A stretch of 64,000 nt of DNA from Luteibacter sp. (GTDB lineage Bacteria > Pseudomonadota > Gammaproteobacteria > Xanthomonadales > Rhodanobacteraceae). Positions 1 to 9,700 of the stretch are shown in pieces. The notes beneath the pieces are model-generated. The model saw only the letters and a program-made list of their open reading frames with translations, did no database searches and was not told where the DNA came from. Where the stretch lies: the NCBI RefSeq assembly GCF_036499525.1, contig NZ_DASYDO010000069.1, positions 56,790 through 120,789 on the forward strand. The letters run 5' to 3'. The first letter of the stretch is position 1, and every line of letters starts with the position of its first letter. The position numbers and the translations under genes were made by a program.

Positions 1-20
1 TAGTTCACGGCCCCAAAAGC

Positions 21-45
21 TGTCGCGCGCAGGGCGCGCTCCTAC
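21..45. repeat. GTAG-type REP arm (partner arm outside window)
   Basis: tgtcgcgcgcagggcgcgctcctac, identical to the arms at 4681-4705 and elsewhere. Confidence 0.9.
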
Positions 46-2306
46 ACCAGTTCGGATGCGGCCGTGACGATGTCGTCGACGCCCGGAAGAACGAGAAACG
101 CAGCGCCAGCCAGCGGCGTGAATGTGTCGGCACCGACCACGCGACGTAGCGGCAGGTGTCCAAGGCCGGCCTCGACGATGGCGGTGATAATGCCTTCGCC
201 CACGCCCGCGCTCTTGCGGCCCTCATCCACCACCAGGATGCGTTTCGCCGTTGCGGCCTGCTTCGCGATGAAAGCGTCGTTGAGCGGCACCAGCCAGCGC
301 AGGTCCACTACACGCACCTTCCAGCCACGCTCCGCTTCGATGCGGCGGGCGGCGCGCAGGCTCATCGGCACGCCGTTGCCGAAGGTGAAGACCACCAGGT
401 CATCGGCACCTTCGTCGTAGACGCGGCCCTCGCCCAGCTCCATCGCCTCGCCCGGCGCCGGATAGCCGAACTGCCACCGGCCGTCACCGGCCTCGTACAA
501 GTCCTTGGTCATGTACAGCGCGATCGGCTCCAGGAAGGCCGTCACGCGACCGTCCACCTTCGCCAGCGCAGCGAGCGTCCGCAGCATGGTCGCCGCATCG
601 TCGCCGCGACTTGGGCAACCCACCACGAGGCCGGGGATGTCGCGCAGCGCGGCGATCGAATTGTCGTTGTGGAAATGCCCGCCGAAGCCGCGCTGGTAAC
701 CCAGCGACGCCACGCGCATCAGCATCGGATTGCGGTACTGCCCGTTGGAGAAGAACTGCAGCGAAGCGGCCTCGCCACGAATCTGGTCGCAGGCGTTGTG
801 GAAGTACGCGAGGTACTGGATCTCGGGGATGGGCAGCATGCCCATGTTGGCGTAACCCTGGGCCAGGCCAAGGATCATCGTCTCGTCGAGCAGCGTGTTG
901 AACACGCGCGTGTTGCGGAACGCCTTGTGCAGGCCCTTGGTGACCGTATAAACACCGCCCTTCTGCGCCACGTCCTCGCCGAAGAGCAGGCTCTCCGGGT
1001 ACTTGGCCATGAGGTCGTGCAGCGCCTGGCCGATCTGGATGGCGAGATGGCGCGGCGGCTGCCTTTCCGGAAGCTTTTCCGCGCCGCCGAAGACGCGCTC
1101 GCGTTCGGTCGCGTCGCCTGCACGCGCGGCTTCGGCACGTACCGCATCGGGCGTGTACGGCGCCAGAGGCGCCATCACGTCTTCCAGCCTGGTCAGGCGC
1201 GGCCGGCTGCCAGCGTCTTCCGCAGCCTCGTAGCAACGCTTGCGGGTGGACTCGTACAGATCCATCAAGCCTTCGCGATCGTAGAGGCCCGAAGCGAGCG
1301 CGATCGCCGCGCTGCGCAGTAGCGGATCGGTGGCCTCCAGCGCGACGAGTTCCTCCACGGAACGCCATTCGATCTCGAAGTCGGTACCTGCATGGCCCAT
1401 GATGCGCGTGGTGCCGAGATGCAGGAAGGTCGGCCGGCGCGTGTTCCGGCAATGCTCCACCGCGCGCTGCACGTCCGCGTAGCCGCCGGCGAGGTCGAGG
1501 CCGTCGGCATGGAAATAGTCGAGGCCCGGACGATGGCGGAAGTTGTTCGCCACCCAGCCGCCGGGTGTCTTCACCGAGATACCGATGCCATTGTCCTCGC
1601 AGACGAAGAGCACTGGCGCCGGCAGCTTCTGGTAAGCCGTCCACGCGGCAGCATTGAAGGCCGTCTGCGCGGTGGCGTGGTTCGAGGACGCATCACCGAA
1701 CGAGCAGACGGCGATGGCATCTTCCGGTATCGGCAAGGCGTGGCCGATACGACGAGCCTGCTCGATGGCGATGGCCGTGCCCAGCGCTTTCGGAAGGTGC
1801 GAGGCGATCGTCGAGGTCTGCGGCAGCACCCACAACGGCTTGCTGCCCCACACCTTGTGTCGGCCGCCCGACGCGGGATCCTCGCTGCTCGCGGCGAACG
1901 AAAGCGCCGAATCCATGACGGGATCCATGCCCGGAAGCTTGCGGAAACGTTCCGCCATGAAGCCGCCGCTGCGGTAGTGCAGGAACGCAGGATCGGTGTG
2001 CCGCGTAAGGCGGGCGACCATCGCGTTGCCTTCGTGGCCGGATGAACCGATGGTGTAGAACACCTTGTTCTGCACCCGCAACACGCGCGCCATCAGGTCG
2101 AGGTGACGGCTGATCAGCTGCGATTCCAGCAGGTCGCGGAAGCCGCGCGCATCCAGCGCGCTGCCCGGCAGCACCGGTTCGTCCTCACGCGGCGCGCGGG
2201 CGATATCGCCCCGCCATGAGTTCACGAACTCGGCGAAGTTATGGTCGACGATCTCGGCGCGGTTGAAGCCCTTGTGGCGGGCGGCGATGGGTTGCGTGAC
2301 GGACAT
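42..2306 (-). CDS. Fused alpha/beta E1 component of a 2-oxoacid (branched-chain-type) dehydrogenase, TPP-dependent
   Basis: FYTIGSSGHEG, TPP-binding SFGDAS...EDN, beta-domain FGEDVAQKGGVY and FNTLLDE motifs; start trimmed to MSVTQ (ATG 2306); stop TAG lies in a REP GTAG. Confidence 0.88.
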   Translation of the reverse strand: MSVTQPIAARHKGFNRAEIVDHNFAEFVNSWRGDIARAPREDEPVLPGSALDARGFRDLLESQLISRHLDLMARVLRVQNKVFYTIGSSGHEGNAMVARLTRHTDPAFLHYRSGGFMAERFRKLPGMDPVMDSALSFAASSEDPASGGRHKVWGSKPLWVLPQTSTIASHLPKALGTAIAIEQARRIGHALPIPEDAIAVCSFGDASSNHATAQTAFNAAAWTAYQKLPAPVLFVCEDNGIGISVKTPGGWVANNFRHRPGLDYFHADGLDLAGGYADVQRAVEHCRNTRRPTFLHLGTTRIMGHAGTDFEIEWRSVEELVALEATDPLLRSAAIALASGLYDREGLMDLYESTRKRCYEAAEDAGSRPRLTRLEDVMAPLAPYTPDAVRAEAARAGDATERERVFGGAEKLPERQPPRHLAIQIGQALHDLMAKYPESLLFGEDVAQKGGVYTVTKGLHKAFRNTRVFNTLLDETMILGLAQGYANMGMLPIPEIQYLAYFHNACDQIRGEAASLQFFSNGQYRNPMLMRVASLGYQRGFGGHFHNDNSIAALRDIPGLVVGCPSRGDDAATMLRTLAALAKVDGRVTAFLEPIALYMTKDLYEAGDGRWQFGYPAPGEAMELGEGRVYDEGADDLVVFTFGNGVPMSLRAARRIEAERGWKVRVVDLRWLVPLNDAFIAKQAATAKRILVVDEGRKSAGVGEGIITAIVEAGLGHLPLRRVVGADTFTPLAGAAFLVLPGVDDIVTAASELV

Positions 2307-2313
2307 GCGAACC

Positions 2314-3483
2314 TCAGAACGCGTTGATGCCGGTGAGTTCGCGACCGACCACCAGCTGATGGACGGTTTCGGTGCCTTCATAGGTGATGACGGATTCGAG
2401 GTTCAGCGCATGACGGATCGCCGAATGTTCGGTGGTGATGCCGGCGCCGCCGAGGATGTCGCGGCATTCGCGCGCGATGTCCAGCGCCATGCGCACGTTG
2501 TTCCATTTCGCCAGCGACACCTGGGTGGGCTGCAGGCGACCAGCATCCTTCAGCCGGCCCAGCTGCAGCGAAAGCAGTTGCGCGGTGGTGATACGGCGGG
2601 CCATGTCGGCCAGTTTCAGCTGCACCGCCTGGTTGGCCGCGAGCGGGCGGCCGAAGAGCACGCGCTGCGCGGTGTAATCGAGCACTTCCTTGAGGCACGC
2701 CTGCGCCGCGCCGATGGGGCCCCAGGTAATGCCGTAGCGGGCCTGGTTGAGGCAACCCAGTGGGCCTTTCAGGCCCTTCACGTTCGGCAGGCGGGCGCTG
2801 TCCGGCAGGCGCACGTCGTCGAAGAACAGCGCCGAGGTGACCGAGGCGCGCAGGCTCATCTTCTTGTGCACCTCCTGCGCGGCGAAGCCCTTCGTGTCCG
2901 TCGGGACGACGAAGCCCTGGATGCCGTCGTCGGTCTGCGCCCACACGATGGCGATGTGGGCGAGGTTGCCGTTGGTGATCCACATCTTGGCACCGTTGAT
3001 CACCCAGTCGCCGCCGTCCTTGCGCGCGACCGTCTTCATGTTCGCCGGATCGGAGCCGCCGTGTGGCTCGGTGAGGCCGAAGCAGCCGATGATCTCGGCC
3101 GCGGCCATCCGCGGCAGGTATTCGCGCTTCTGCTCTTCCGAGCCGTAGGCGAAGATCGGGTACATGCACAGCGAACTCTGCACGGAGGCGAAGCTGCGCA
3201 GGCCGGAATCCCCGCGCTCCAGTTCCTGGCAGATGAGGCCGTAGCTCACGCCGTTCATGCCGGCGCAGCCGTATTCCTCAGGCAGCGTGGCCCCGAGCAG
3301 ACCCAGCGAGGCGATCTCGGAGACCAGTTCGGATGGGAAGCGGCCCTGGTCGAAGGCGTCACCGATGATCGGCAGGACCTTTTCGTCGACGAAGCGGCCA
3401 ACGGCGTCCTGCACGGCGCGCTCCTCGTCGGTGAGCAGCGAACGGACGTCGTAGAGATCGAGCGGGTCGAGACGGTGGGCCAT
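2314..3483 (-). CDS. Acyl-CoA dehydrogenase, glutaryl-CoA dehydrogenase-like
   Basis: GCFGLTEPHGGSDP, KMWITNG, YEGTETVHQL motifs; LNQARYGITWG and ALNLESVITYEG typical of the GcdH clade. Confidence 0.88.
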   Translation of the reverse strand: MAHRLDPLDLYDVRSLLTDEERAVQDAVGRFVDEKVLPIIGDAFDQGRFPSELVSEIASLGLLGATLPEEYGCAGMNGVSYGLICQELERGDSGLRSFASVQSSLCMYPIFAYGSEEQKREYLPRMAAAEIIGCFGLTEPHGGSDPANMKTVARKDGGDWVINGAKMWITNGNLAHIAIVWAQTDDGIQGFVVPTDTKGFAAQEVHKKMSLRASVTSALFFDDVRLPDSARLPNVKGLKGPLGCLNQARYGITWGPIGAAQACLKEVLDYTAQRVLFGRPLAANQAVQLKLADMARRITTAQLLSLQLGRLKDAGRLQPTQVSLAKWNNVRMALDIARECRDILGGAGITTEHSAIRHALNLESVITYEGTETVHQLVVGRELTGINAF

Positions 3484-3617
3484 GCGGGGACTCGTACTTG
3501 GTCAGCCGGAAAGCTCGTGATTGTAGCCACGGGCCGTCGTCCGGTCATGGCGGGGCGCAACAATCCATGTCACCGGGCGGTCCCATAATGGACCCTCCCC
3601 ACCGCCGGATCCCTCCC

Positions 3618-4493
3618 ATGTTCAAAGGCGTATTCCTGGGTTTCGCCTGCTACGCCGCCTATGCGTGGAGCGATGCCTTCGTGAAGTCGCTCGAAGGCAG
3701 CCTGCCGGCCTATGAGGCGGTCTTCTTCGGGGCGGTCCTGGCCATGGCGGCCCTGCCGTTCCTGAAGAAGCCCGGGGATCGGTGGAGCGAAGCGGTGGTG
3801 TCGAAACTACCCGGACTCTGGCTCCTGCGGGCCGTGGCGGGCGCTATCGGTAACGTGACCGCGGTCATGGCCTTCACCGCCCTGCCGATGGCCGAAGCCT
3901 TTTCACTGATCTTCCTGCTGCCGATCTTCGTAACCATCCTCTCTGTGGTGTTCCTGCGCGAGCATGTGGGCTGGCGGCGCTGGTCGGCCGTGATCGTCGG
4001 CTTCCTGGGCGTGCTGGTGGTGTTGCGCCCCGGCTTCCGCCATCTCGGCACCGGGCATGGGGCCGCCATCGTGTGTGGCCTTGCCGGCGCCTTGTCGATC
4101 GTCGCGCTGCGCATGGCCGGGGCCACGGAGAAGCGCATCACCCTGTACGGCGCGGGGGTTGTCGGTCCGATGGTGGCGGGCTTCATCATGATGCTGCCGC
4201 ACTTCGCCTGGCCCGACGCGCACCAGTGGCTCCTGCTGCTGGGCTACGGGCTGTTCGCCGCGGCCGGTGCCGTGCTGCTGATGCTGGCGACGCAACATGC
4301 GCCGGCCAACCGGGTCGCGCCCACGCAGTACAGCCAGATGCTATGGGCGATCCTGTTCGGCTACCTGCTGTTCCACGACCACCTGGACTGGCCGATGCTG
4401 ATCGGCATCGCGATGATCCTAGGGGCGGGGCTCTTCACCTTCGTGCGCGAGGAGAAGAAGACCCAGTGGTGGCGGTGGACCAATATCGTTTGA
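3618..4493 (+). CDS. DMT/EamA family transporter
   Basis: About 10 hydrophobic segments, FLREHVGWRRW and APTQYSQMLWA EamA-type motifs; start set at MFKG. Confidence 0.85.
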   Translation: MFKGVFLGFACYAAYAWSDAFVKSLEGSLPAYEAVFFGAVLAMAALPFLKKPGDRWSEAVVSKLPGLWLLRAVAGAIGNVTAVMAFTALPMAEAFSLIFLLPIFVTILSVVFLREHVGWRRWSAVIVGFLGVLVVLRPGFRHLGTGHGAAIVCGLAGALSIVALRMAGATEKRITLYGAGVVGPMVAGFIMMLPHFAWPDAHQWLLLLGYGLFAAAGAVLLMLATQHAPANRVAPTQYSQMLWAILFGYLLFHDHLDWPMLIGIAMILGAGLFTFVREEKKTQWWRWTNIV

Positions 4494-4494
4494 C

Positions 4495-4592
4495 CCATGG
4501 ACTTCTTGATCGTCGGCCATGAGCTTCTTGATCGCCTGGCCATGAGCTTCTTGATCGCCTGGCCATGGGCTTCTTGATCGCCTGGCCATGGG
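4495..4592. repeat. Tandem repeat, about 4 copies of a 22-23 bp unit ccatgRgcttcttgatcgcctgg
   Basis: Units read directly: ccatggacttcttgatcgtcgg, ccatgagcttcttgatcgcctgg x2, ccatgggcttcttgatcgcctgg, then ccatggg. Confidence 0.9.
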
Positions 4593-4598
4593 CCTTTC

Positions 4599-4705
4599 GT
4601 AGGAGCGCGCCCTGCGCGCGACATCTTTTCGCGCCGGTCCCCGGGCCGGCGCGCCAGCTCCGGGTCATGGCCTCAAAACATGTCGCGCGCAGGGCGCGCT
4701 CCTAC
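4599..4705. repeat. REP doublet (REPIN), GTAG type
   Basis: gtaggagcgcgccctgcgcgcgaca ... tgtcgcgcgcagggcgcgctcctac inverted arms. Confidence 0.92.
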
Positions 4706-4761
4706 AGGTTCGAGGGCCGTGGTGTGTCGGGAATCTTCGTGACGTCGCGGAGGTGCGGCGA

Positions 4762-5754
4762 TCAGGGATTCGAGACGCCGTGGGGGACGTGGCCGGTGGC
4801 CACGTGCTTGCGGGCCGATTCGACGTTGGCCGGGGAATCGTCGAAGAAGATGTCCGCGCCGAAGGCATCCAGGAACGGACCCTTGTCGCGGCCACCAAGG
4901 AACAGCGCCTCGTCGATGCGCACGCCCCAGCGGCGCAGCGTGAGGATCACGCGCTTGTGCGCCGGCGCGGAACGGGCCGTGACCAGTGCCGTGCGAATGG
5001 GCGACGTCTCGGCGGGGAACGCCGCCTGCAACCGGTGCAGCGCGGCCAGGAAGCCGCGGAATGGCCCACCCGACAAAGGCTCGGCCCAGCGTTCCGACTC
5101 GTTGCGGTGGAAGGCGTCGAGGCCCTGCTCTTTCGACACCCGCTCGCCTTCGTCGCCGAAGATCACGGCGTCGCCGTCAAAGGCGATGCGGAGTTGCTCG
5201 CTGGACCGCTGTGGTGCGGTGGACGGCAGGATCGTGGCCGCCGCCACGCCGGCGCGCAGCGCGCGGCCCACGTCCTCGGCGTTGGCGGAAAGGAAAAGAT
5301 CGGCACGGAACGGGGCGATGTAATCGGATGTGGGCGCGCCACTGGTGAACGCAGCGCGCGAGATGCCCAGTTTGTAGTGCTGGATCGCATTGAAGATGCG
5401 CAGACCCGTGTCGCCCGAGTTACGCGACAGCAGTATCACCTCCACGGCCGGCACATCGCCCGACAACGCGTTCAGCCCGAGCAGCTTCTGTACCAGTGGA
5501 AACGCCACACCCGGCTCCAGCAGATCGTTTTCATGCTCGATCTGATAGGCGCGGTAGGCGTCGAGGCCTTCGCGCTCGAACAGCCCGTGGCTGTCGCCCA
5601 TGTCGAACAGCGCGCGCGAAGAAATGGCGACCACGAGCCGGTTGTCGCTCACGGACGACGACGCGTGCGCACCCTGCGTCGCGTCGGTACCGTCTTCGGG
5701 GACGGTCCGGGCCTCACCGGAACCCTTCGCGCGGCTATGGTCGGGATCGTTCAT
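4762..5754 (-). CDS. 5'-nucleotidase (cytosolic cN-I-like family)
   Basis: LVVAISSRALFD, LLSRNS, LRIAFDGDAVIF, DIFFDD motifs. Confidence 0.88.
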   Translation of the reverse strand: MNDPDHSRAKGSGEARTVPEDGTDATQGAHASSSVSDNRLVVAISSRALFDMGDSHGLFEREGLDAYRAYQIEHENDLLEPGVAFPLVQKLLGLNALSGDVPAVEVILLSRNSGDTGLRIFNAIQHYKLGISRAAFTSGAPTSDYIAPFRADLFLSANAEDVGRALRAGVAAATILPSTAPQRSSEQLRIAFDGDAVIFGDEGERVSKEQGLDAFHRNESERWAEPLSGGPFRGFLAALHRLQAAFPAETSPIRTALVTARSAPAHKRVILTLRRWGVRIDEALFLGGRDKGPFLDAFGADIFFDDSPANVESARKHVATGHVPHGVSNP

Positions 5755-6533
5755 GGGGCGAACTGCTCGTCAAGGATGCGTTGCTGCAGGTTGTGCTCGG
5801 GGTCGAACAGCAGACGAACGGCATTACGCCGCGACTGCCTGATCTCGACGGTGCGGACGTCGCGCACTTCGTGGAAGTCCGCGGTGGCGCTGATCGGCCG
5901 CTTGTTCGGGTCTTTCGTGTCGAAGCCCACCTTCGTCGCATGCGGAAGGATGGCGCCGCGCCAGCGCCTCGGGCGGAACGGGCTGATCGGCGTGAGTGCC
6001 AGAACGTTGGCGTCCAGCGGCAGGATGGGGCCGTGCGCGGACAGGTTATAGGCGGTGGAACCGGCAGGTGTGCAGACGAGGATGCCATCGCAGACCAGTT
6101 CGTCGAGCTTTACCTCGCCGTTGAGGCGGACCTGCAGGTGAGCCGCCTGGTTGCTTTGGCGCAACAGCGCCACTTCATTGAACGCAAGCGCACGATGCTC
6201 CACGCCATCGCAGCAGATGCAGTGCATTTCCAGCGGATGCAGCACGGCCGGATGCGCCTTCTCGATACGCTCGGGAAGATGGTCCACGTCATGCTGGTTC
6301 ATGAGGAAACCGAGACGCCCGAGCTTCATGCCGTAGAACGGCACACCGAGGGTCCTGTGCGCATGCAGGGTGCGCAGCATGAAGCCGTCGCCACCCAGCG
6401 ACACGATGATGTCGGCCTCGCCAGGCTCAAAGCCGTCGTAGCGCTTGATCAGGGCGGCACGGGCGCGTTGGGCAACTTCGGTTTCGCTGGCGACGAAGGC
6501 TAGGCGCATGGGGAATGGGGCATCCGGGTCCAA
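5751..6533 (-). CDS. nadK: NAD kinase
   Basis: LGGDGFML, FNE, TPAGSTAYNLSAHGP motifs; alternative start at 6509; stop overlaps the nucleotidase start. Confidence 0.92.
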   Translation of the reverse strand: MDPDAPFPMRLAFVASETEVAQRARAALIKRYDGFEPGEADIIVSLGGDGFMLRTLHAHRTLGVPFYGMKLGRLGFLMNQHDVDHLPERIEKAHPAVLHPLEMHCICCDGVEHRALAFNEVALLRQSNQAAHLQVRLNGEVKLDELVCDGILVCTPAGSTAYNLSAHGPILPLDANVLALTPISPFRPRRWRGAILPHATKVGFDTKDPNKRPISATADFHEVRDVRTVEIRQSRRNAVRLLFDPEHNLQQRILDEQFAP

Positions 6534-6576
6534 CCGGGAGCTTAGTCCCTAAGGCGGTGCGCCGGATAGGCCAGTT

Positions 6577-6683
6577 GTAGGAGCGCGCCCTGCGCGCGAC
6601 AGCTTTTCGCCTCAGTCCTGAAGCTAGCGCGCCAACTCCAGGGCACGGCCTCAAAAGCTGTCGCGCGCAGGGCGCGCTCCTAC
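6577..6683. repeat. REP doublet (REPIN), GTAG type
   Basis: Same inverted arms as 4599-4705 with a related spacer. Confidence 0.92.
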
Positions 6684-6720
6684 GGGACCGGGCAGGCGGA
6701 TCTTCCGCCTGCCGTATTCC

Positions 6721-9700
6721 TCAGACCGGAATCTGCGCCAACTGGGCCAGGCGGCGGACGGCGACCGAAGCGATCGGGTAGTCCGCGTTCTGGGTGAGGA
6801 TTTCCGCAAGCATGGCGCGGGTGTACTTCAGCGTGGCGTCATCCCGATCCAGCCAGGCCTTGACCGGGCTGATGTCGGTGCGGTCGCCCGCGACGCTGAG
6901 CACTTGCAGGGCAAGGGCGCGGTGCTGGGCGTTGAGCTCGTCCAGCAACGAACCCCGGGCCTGCGCGTGCCATGCGCCTTCCACCGGGAGGGCTTCGATC
7001 TGGCCGCGGAGCCAGTCCAGATCGAGCGCCTCGCCCAGTTCATAGAACACCGTGGCGACGGTGGCGATGCCCTTGCCGCTCTGCTTCGACACTTCAACCA
7101 TGTCGAGCGCAGAGCGCAACACCGGAATGCGGGCGAGGCGGACGGACAGCGTGTTCGGCGCGCCCAGTCCTTCCCACTTTTCCTGGCTGGCGGCAAAGTC
7201 GCCGCGGCCCGTGTCGGTGAGCGCATCAGGCAGCGCCTCGCGCAGCGCGGTGACTTCGCTGGCGTAACGGTCCACGTTGGCTGCGATATCCAGCGAACCG
7301 CCCGGACGGTTGAGCAGCCAGCGGGTAAGGTGGCGCAGCAGCGACCAGATCTGCAGGATCGCGTCGATCTGCGTGTCCTCGGCCACCGTGCCGTCCAGCG
7401 CCTCGATCTCGGCCCATAGGTCGCGGGCATCCAGGATCTCGCGCGCTGCCGTGTAGGCCTTGGCGATGGACGCCGGACCGTGGCCTGTATCCTCCTGCAT
7501 GCGCATCATGAAGGTGGCGCCCATGCGGTTGATCGTCGAGTTGGTCACCGCCGTGGCGATGATCTCGCGCTTCAGGCGATGGCGTTGCATGTGCCCGGCG
7601 TACTTCTCGTGCAGCGGCACGGGGAAGTAGCGCACCAGTTCGCGCGACAGGTACGGATCTTCCGGCACGTCCGATTCCAGCAGCTGCTGGAACAGCCGGA
7701 TCTTGTCGTAGGAGAGCAGCACCGACAGTTCCGGACGGGTCATGCCCTGGCCGCGCTGCTTCCGCTCGGACAGTTCGGCGGCCGTCGGCAGCGACTCCAC
7801 CTGGCGATCGAGCAGGCCCTCGGCTTCCAGCGTACCGATGAAGTGGGCCATGGAGCCCAGGCGGCGCACCGACTGGTGCTCCATCATCGTGATGGCCTGG
7901 TTCTGCCGGTAGTTGTCCCACAGCACGAGGCGCGCCACTTCGTCGGTCATCTCCGCCAGCTGGCGGTTGCGGCCTTCGAAGCTGAGCTCGCCGCGCTGCA
8001 CCGCGTCGTTGAGCAGGATCTTGATGTTCACCTCGTGGTCGGAGGTGTCCACGCCCGCGGAATTGTCGATGAAGTCGGTGTTCAGCAGCACGCCGGCCTG
8101 GCCGGCCTCGATACGGCCCTTCTGGGTCATGCCGAGGTTGCCACCCTCGCCCACCACCTTGCAGCGCAACTCGTTGCCATTTACGCGCAGCGCGTTGTTG
8201 GCGCGATCGCCGGCATCGGCATGCGTCTCGCTGGTGGCCTTCACGTAAGTGCCGATACCGCCGTTCCACAGCAGGTCCACCGGGGCCTTCAGGATCGCCG
8301 AAAGCAGATCGCTCGGCGCCACGTGGGCGACGTCGGCGCGGATAGCGAGCGCGGCGCGCACTTCAGGCGACACCGGAATCGACTTGGCGCTGCGCGGATA
8401 CACGCCACCACCGGCCGAGATCAGCGACTTGTCGTAGTCGTCCCACGAGGAGCGCGGCAGCGCGAACATGCGCTGGCGTTCCGCGAACGACGTCGCCGCA
8501 TCCGGGTTCGGATCGAGGAACACATGGCGATGGTCGAAGGCGGCCAGCAGGCGGATGTGCCCGGAGAGCAGCATGCCGTTGCCGAACACATCGCCGGACA
8601 TGTCGCCCACGCCCACGACGGTGAAGTCCTGCGTCTGTGAATCGCGGCCCATCGCGCGGAAGTGGCGCTTCACCGACTCCCAGGCACCCTTGGCGGTGAT
8701 GCCCATGCCCTTGTGGTCGTAACCGTAGGAGCCGCCGGAGGCGAAGGCATCGTCGAGCCAGAAGCCGTGCTCGGTGGAGATGGCATTGGCGATATCGGAG
8801 AACGTGGCCGTGCCCTTGTCCGCCGCGACCACGAGGTACGGATCGTCCTCGTCATGGCGAACCACGTCGTGCGGCGCCACCACCTTGCCTTCCACGAGGT
8901 TGTCGGTGATGTCGAGCAGGCCATTGATGAACATGCGGTAGCAGGCGATGCCTTCGGCCAGCTGTGCGTCGCGGTCGCCGCCCACCGGCGGGCGCTTCAC
9001 GAAGAAGCCGCCCTTCGAACCGACCGGGACGATGACGGTGTTCTTCACCATCTGCGCCTTCACGAGACCCAGCACTTCCGTACGGAAATCCTCGCGTCGA
9101 TCAGACCAGCGCAGGCCGCCACGGGCCACGGAACCGAAGCGAAGGTGGATGCCCTCGACGCGGGGCGCGCAGACGAATATCTCACGGAACGGCACCGGCT
9201 TGGCCAGGTCCGGCACGCGGTGCGAATCGAACTTGAAGCTGAGGTACGGGCGGAACGCGCCGTCCCAGGCCTGGAAGAAGTTCGTGCGCAAGGTGGCGTA
9301 CACCAGCGCGATGAAGCTGCGCAGGATGCGGTCTTCATCGAGGCTGGACACGTTGTCCAGGAGCGCGTTGATCGCCTCCTCCACCGCGGTGACCTGTTCG
9401 GAGCGCGGAAGGCCGAGCGCGGACACGAGGTTGCCGATGAGGCCCGGATGCGCGGCGAGTACCTCCGCGTCCATGAGCGCGTGCATCTCGTGCGAAAGCA
9501 TGCTCTCCGCGCGCTCGCGCTCGGCTCCGTCGAGGCTCTCGCGGCGCGGGTCGAAGCGTGCGTTGAACAATTCGATGATGAGGCCGGCGATGGCGGGATA
9601 GCGATTCAGCGCGTCTTCCATGTACGCCTGCGAGAACGCCACGCCGGTCTGCAGCAGGTACTTGCAGTAGCTGCGCAGCACCGCGACCTGGCGCCAGCCG

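Noticed and set aside
4495-4592. Possible CRISPR array
   Set aside because: Units are directly adjacent with no unique spacers, and no cas genes are in the window.
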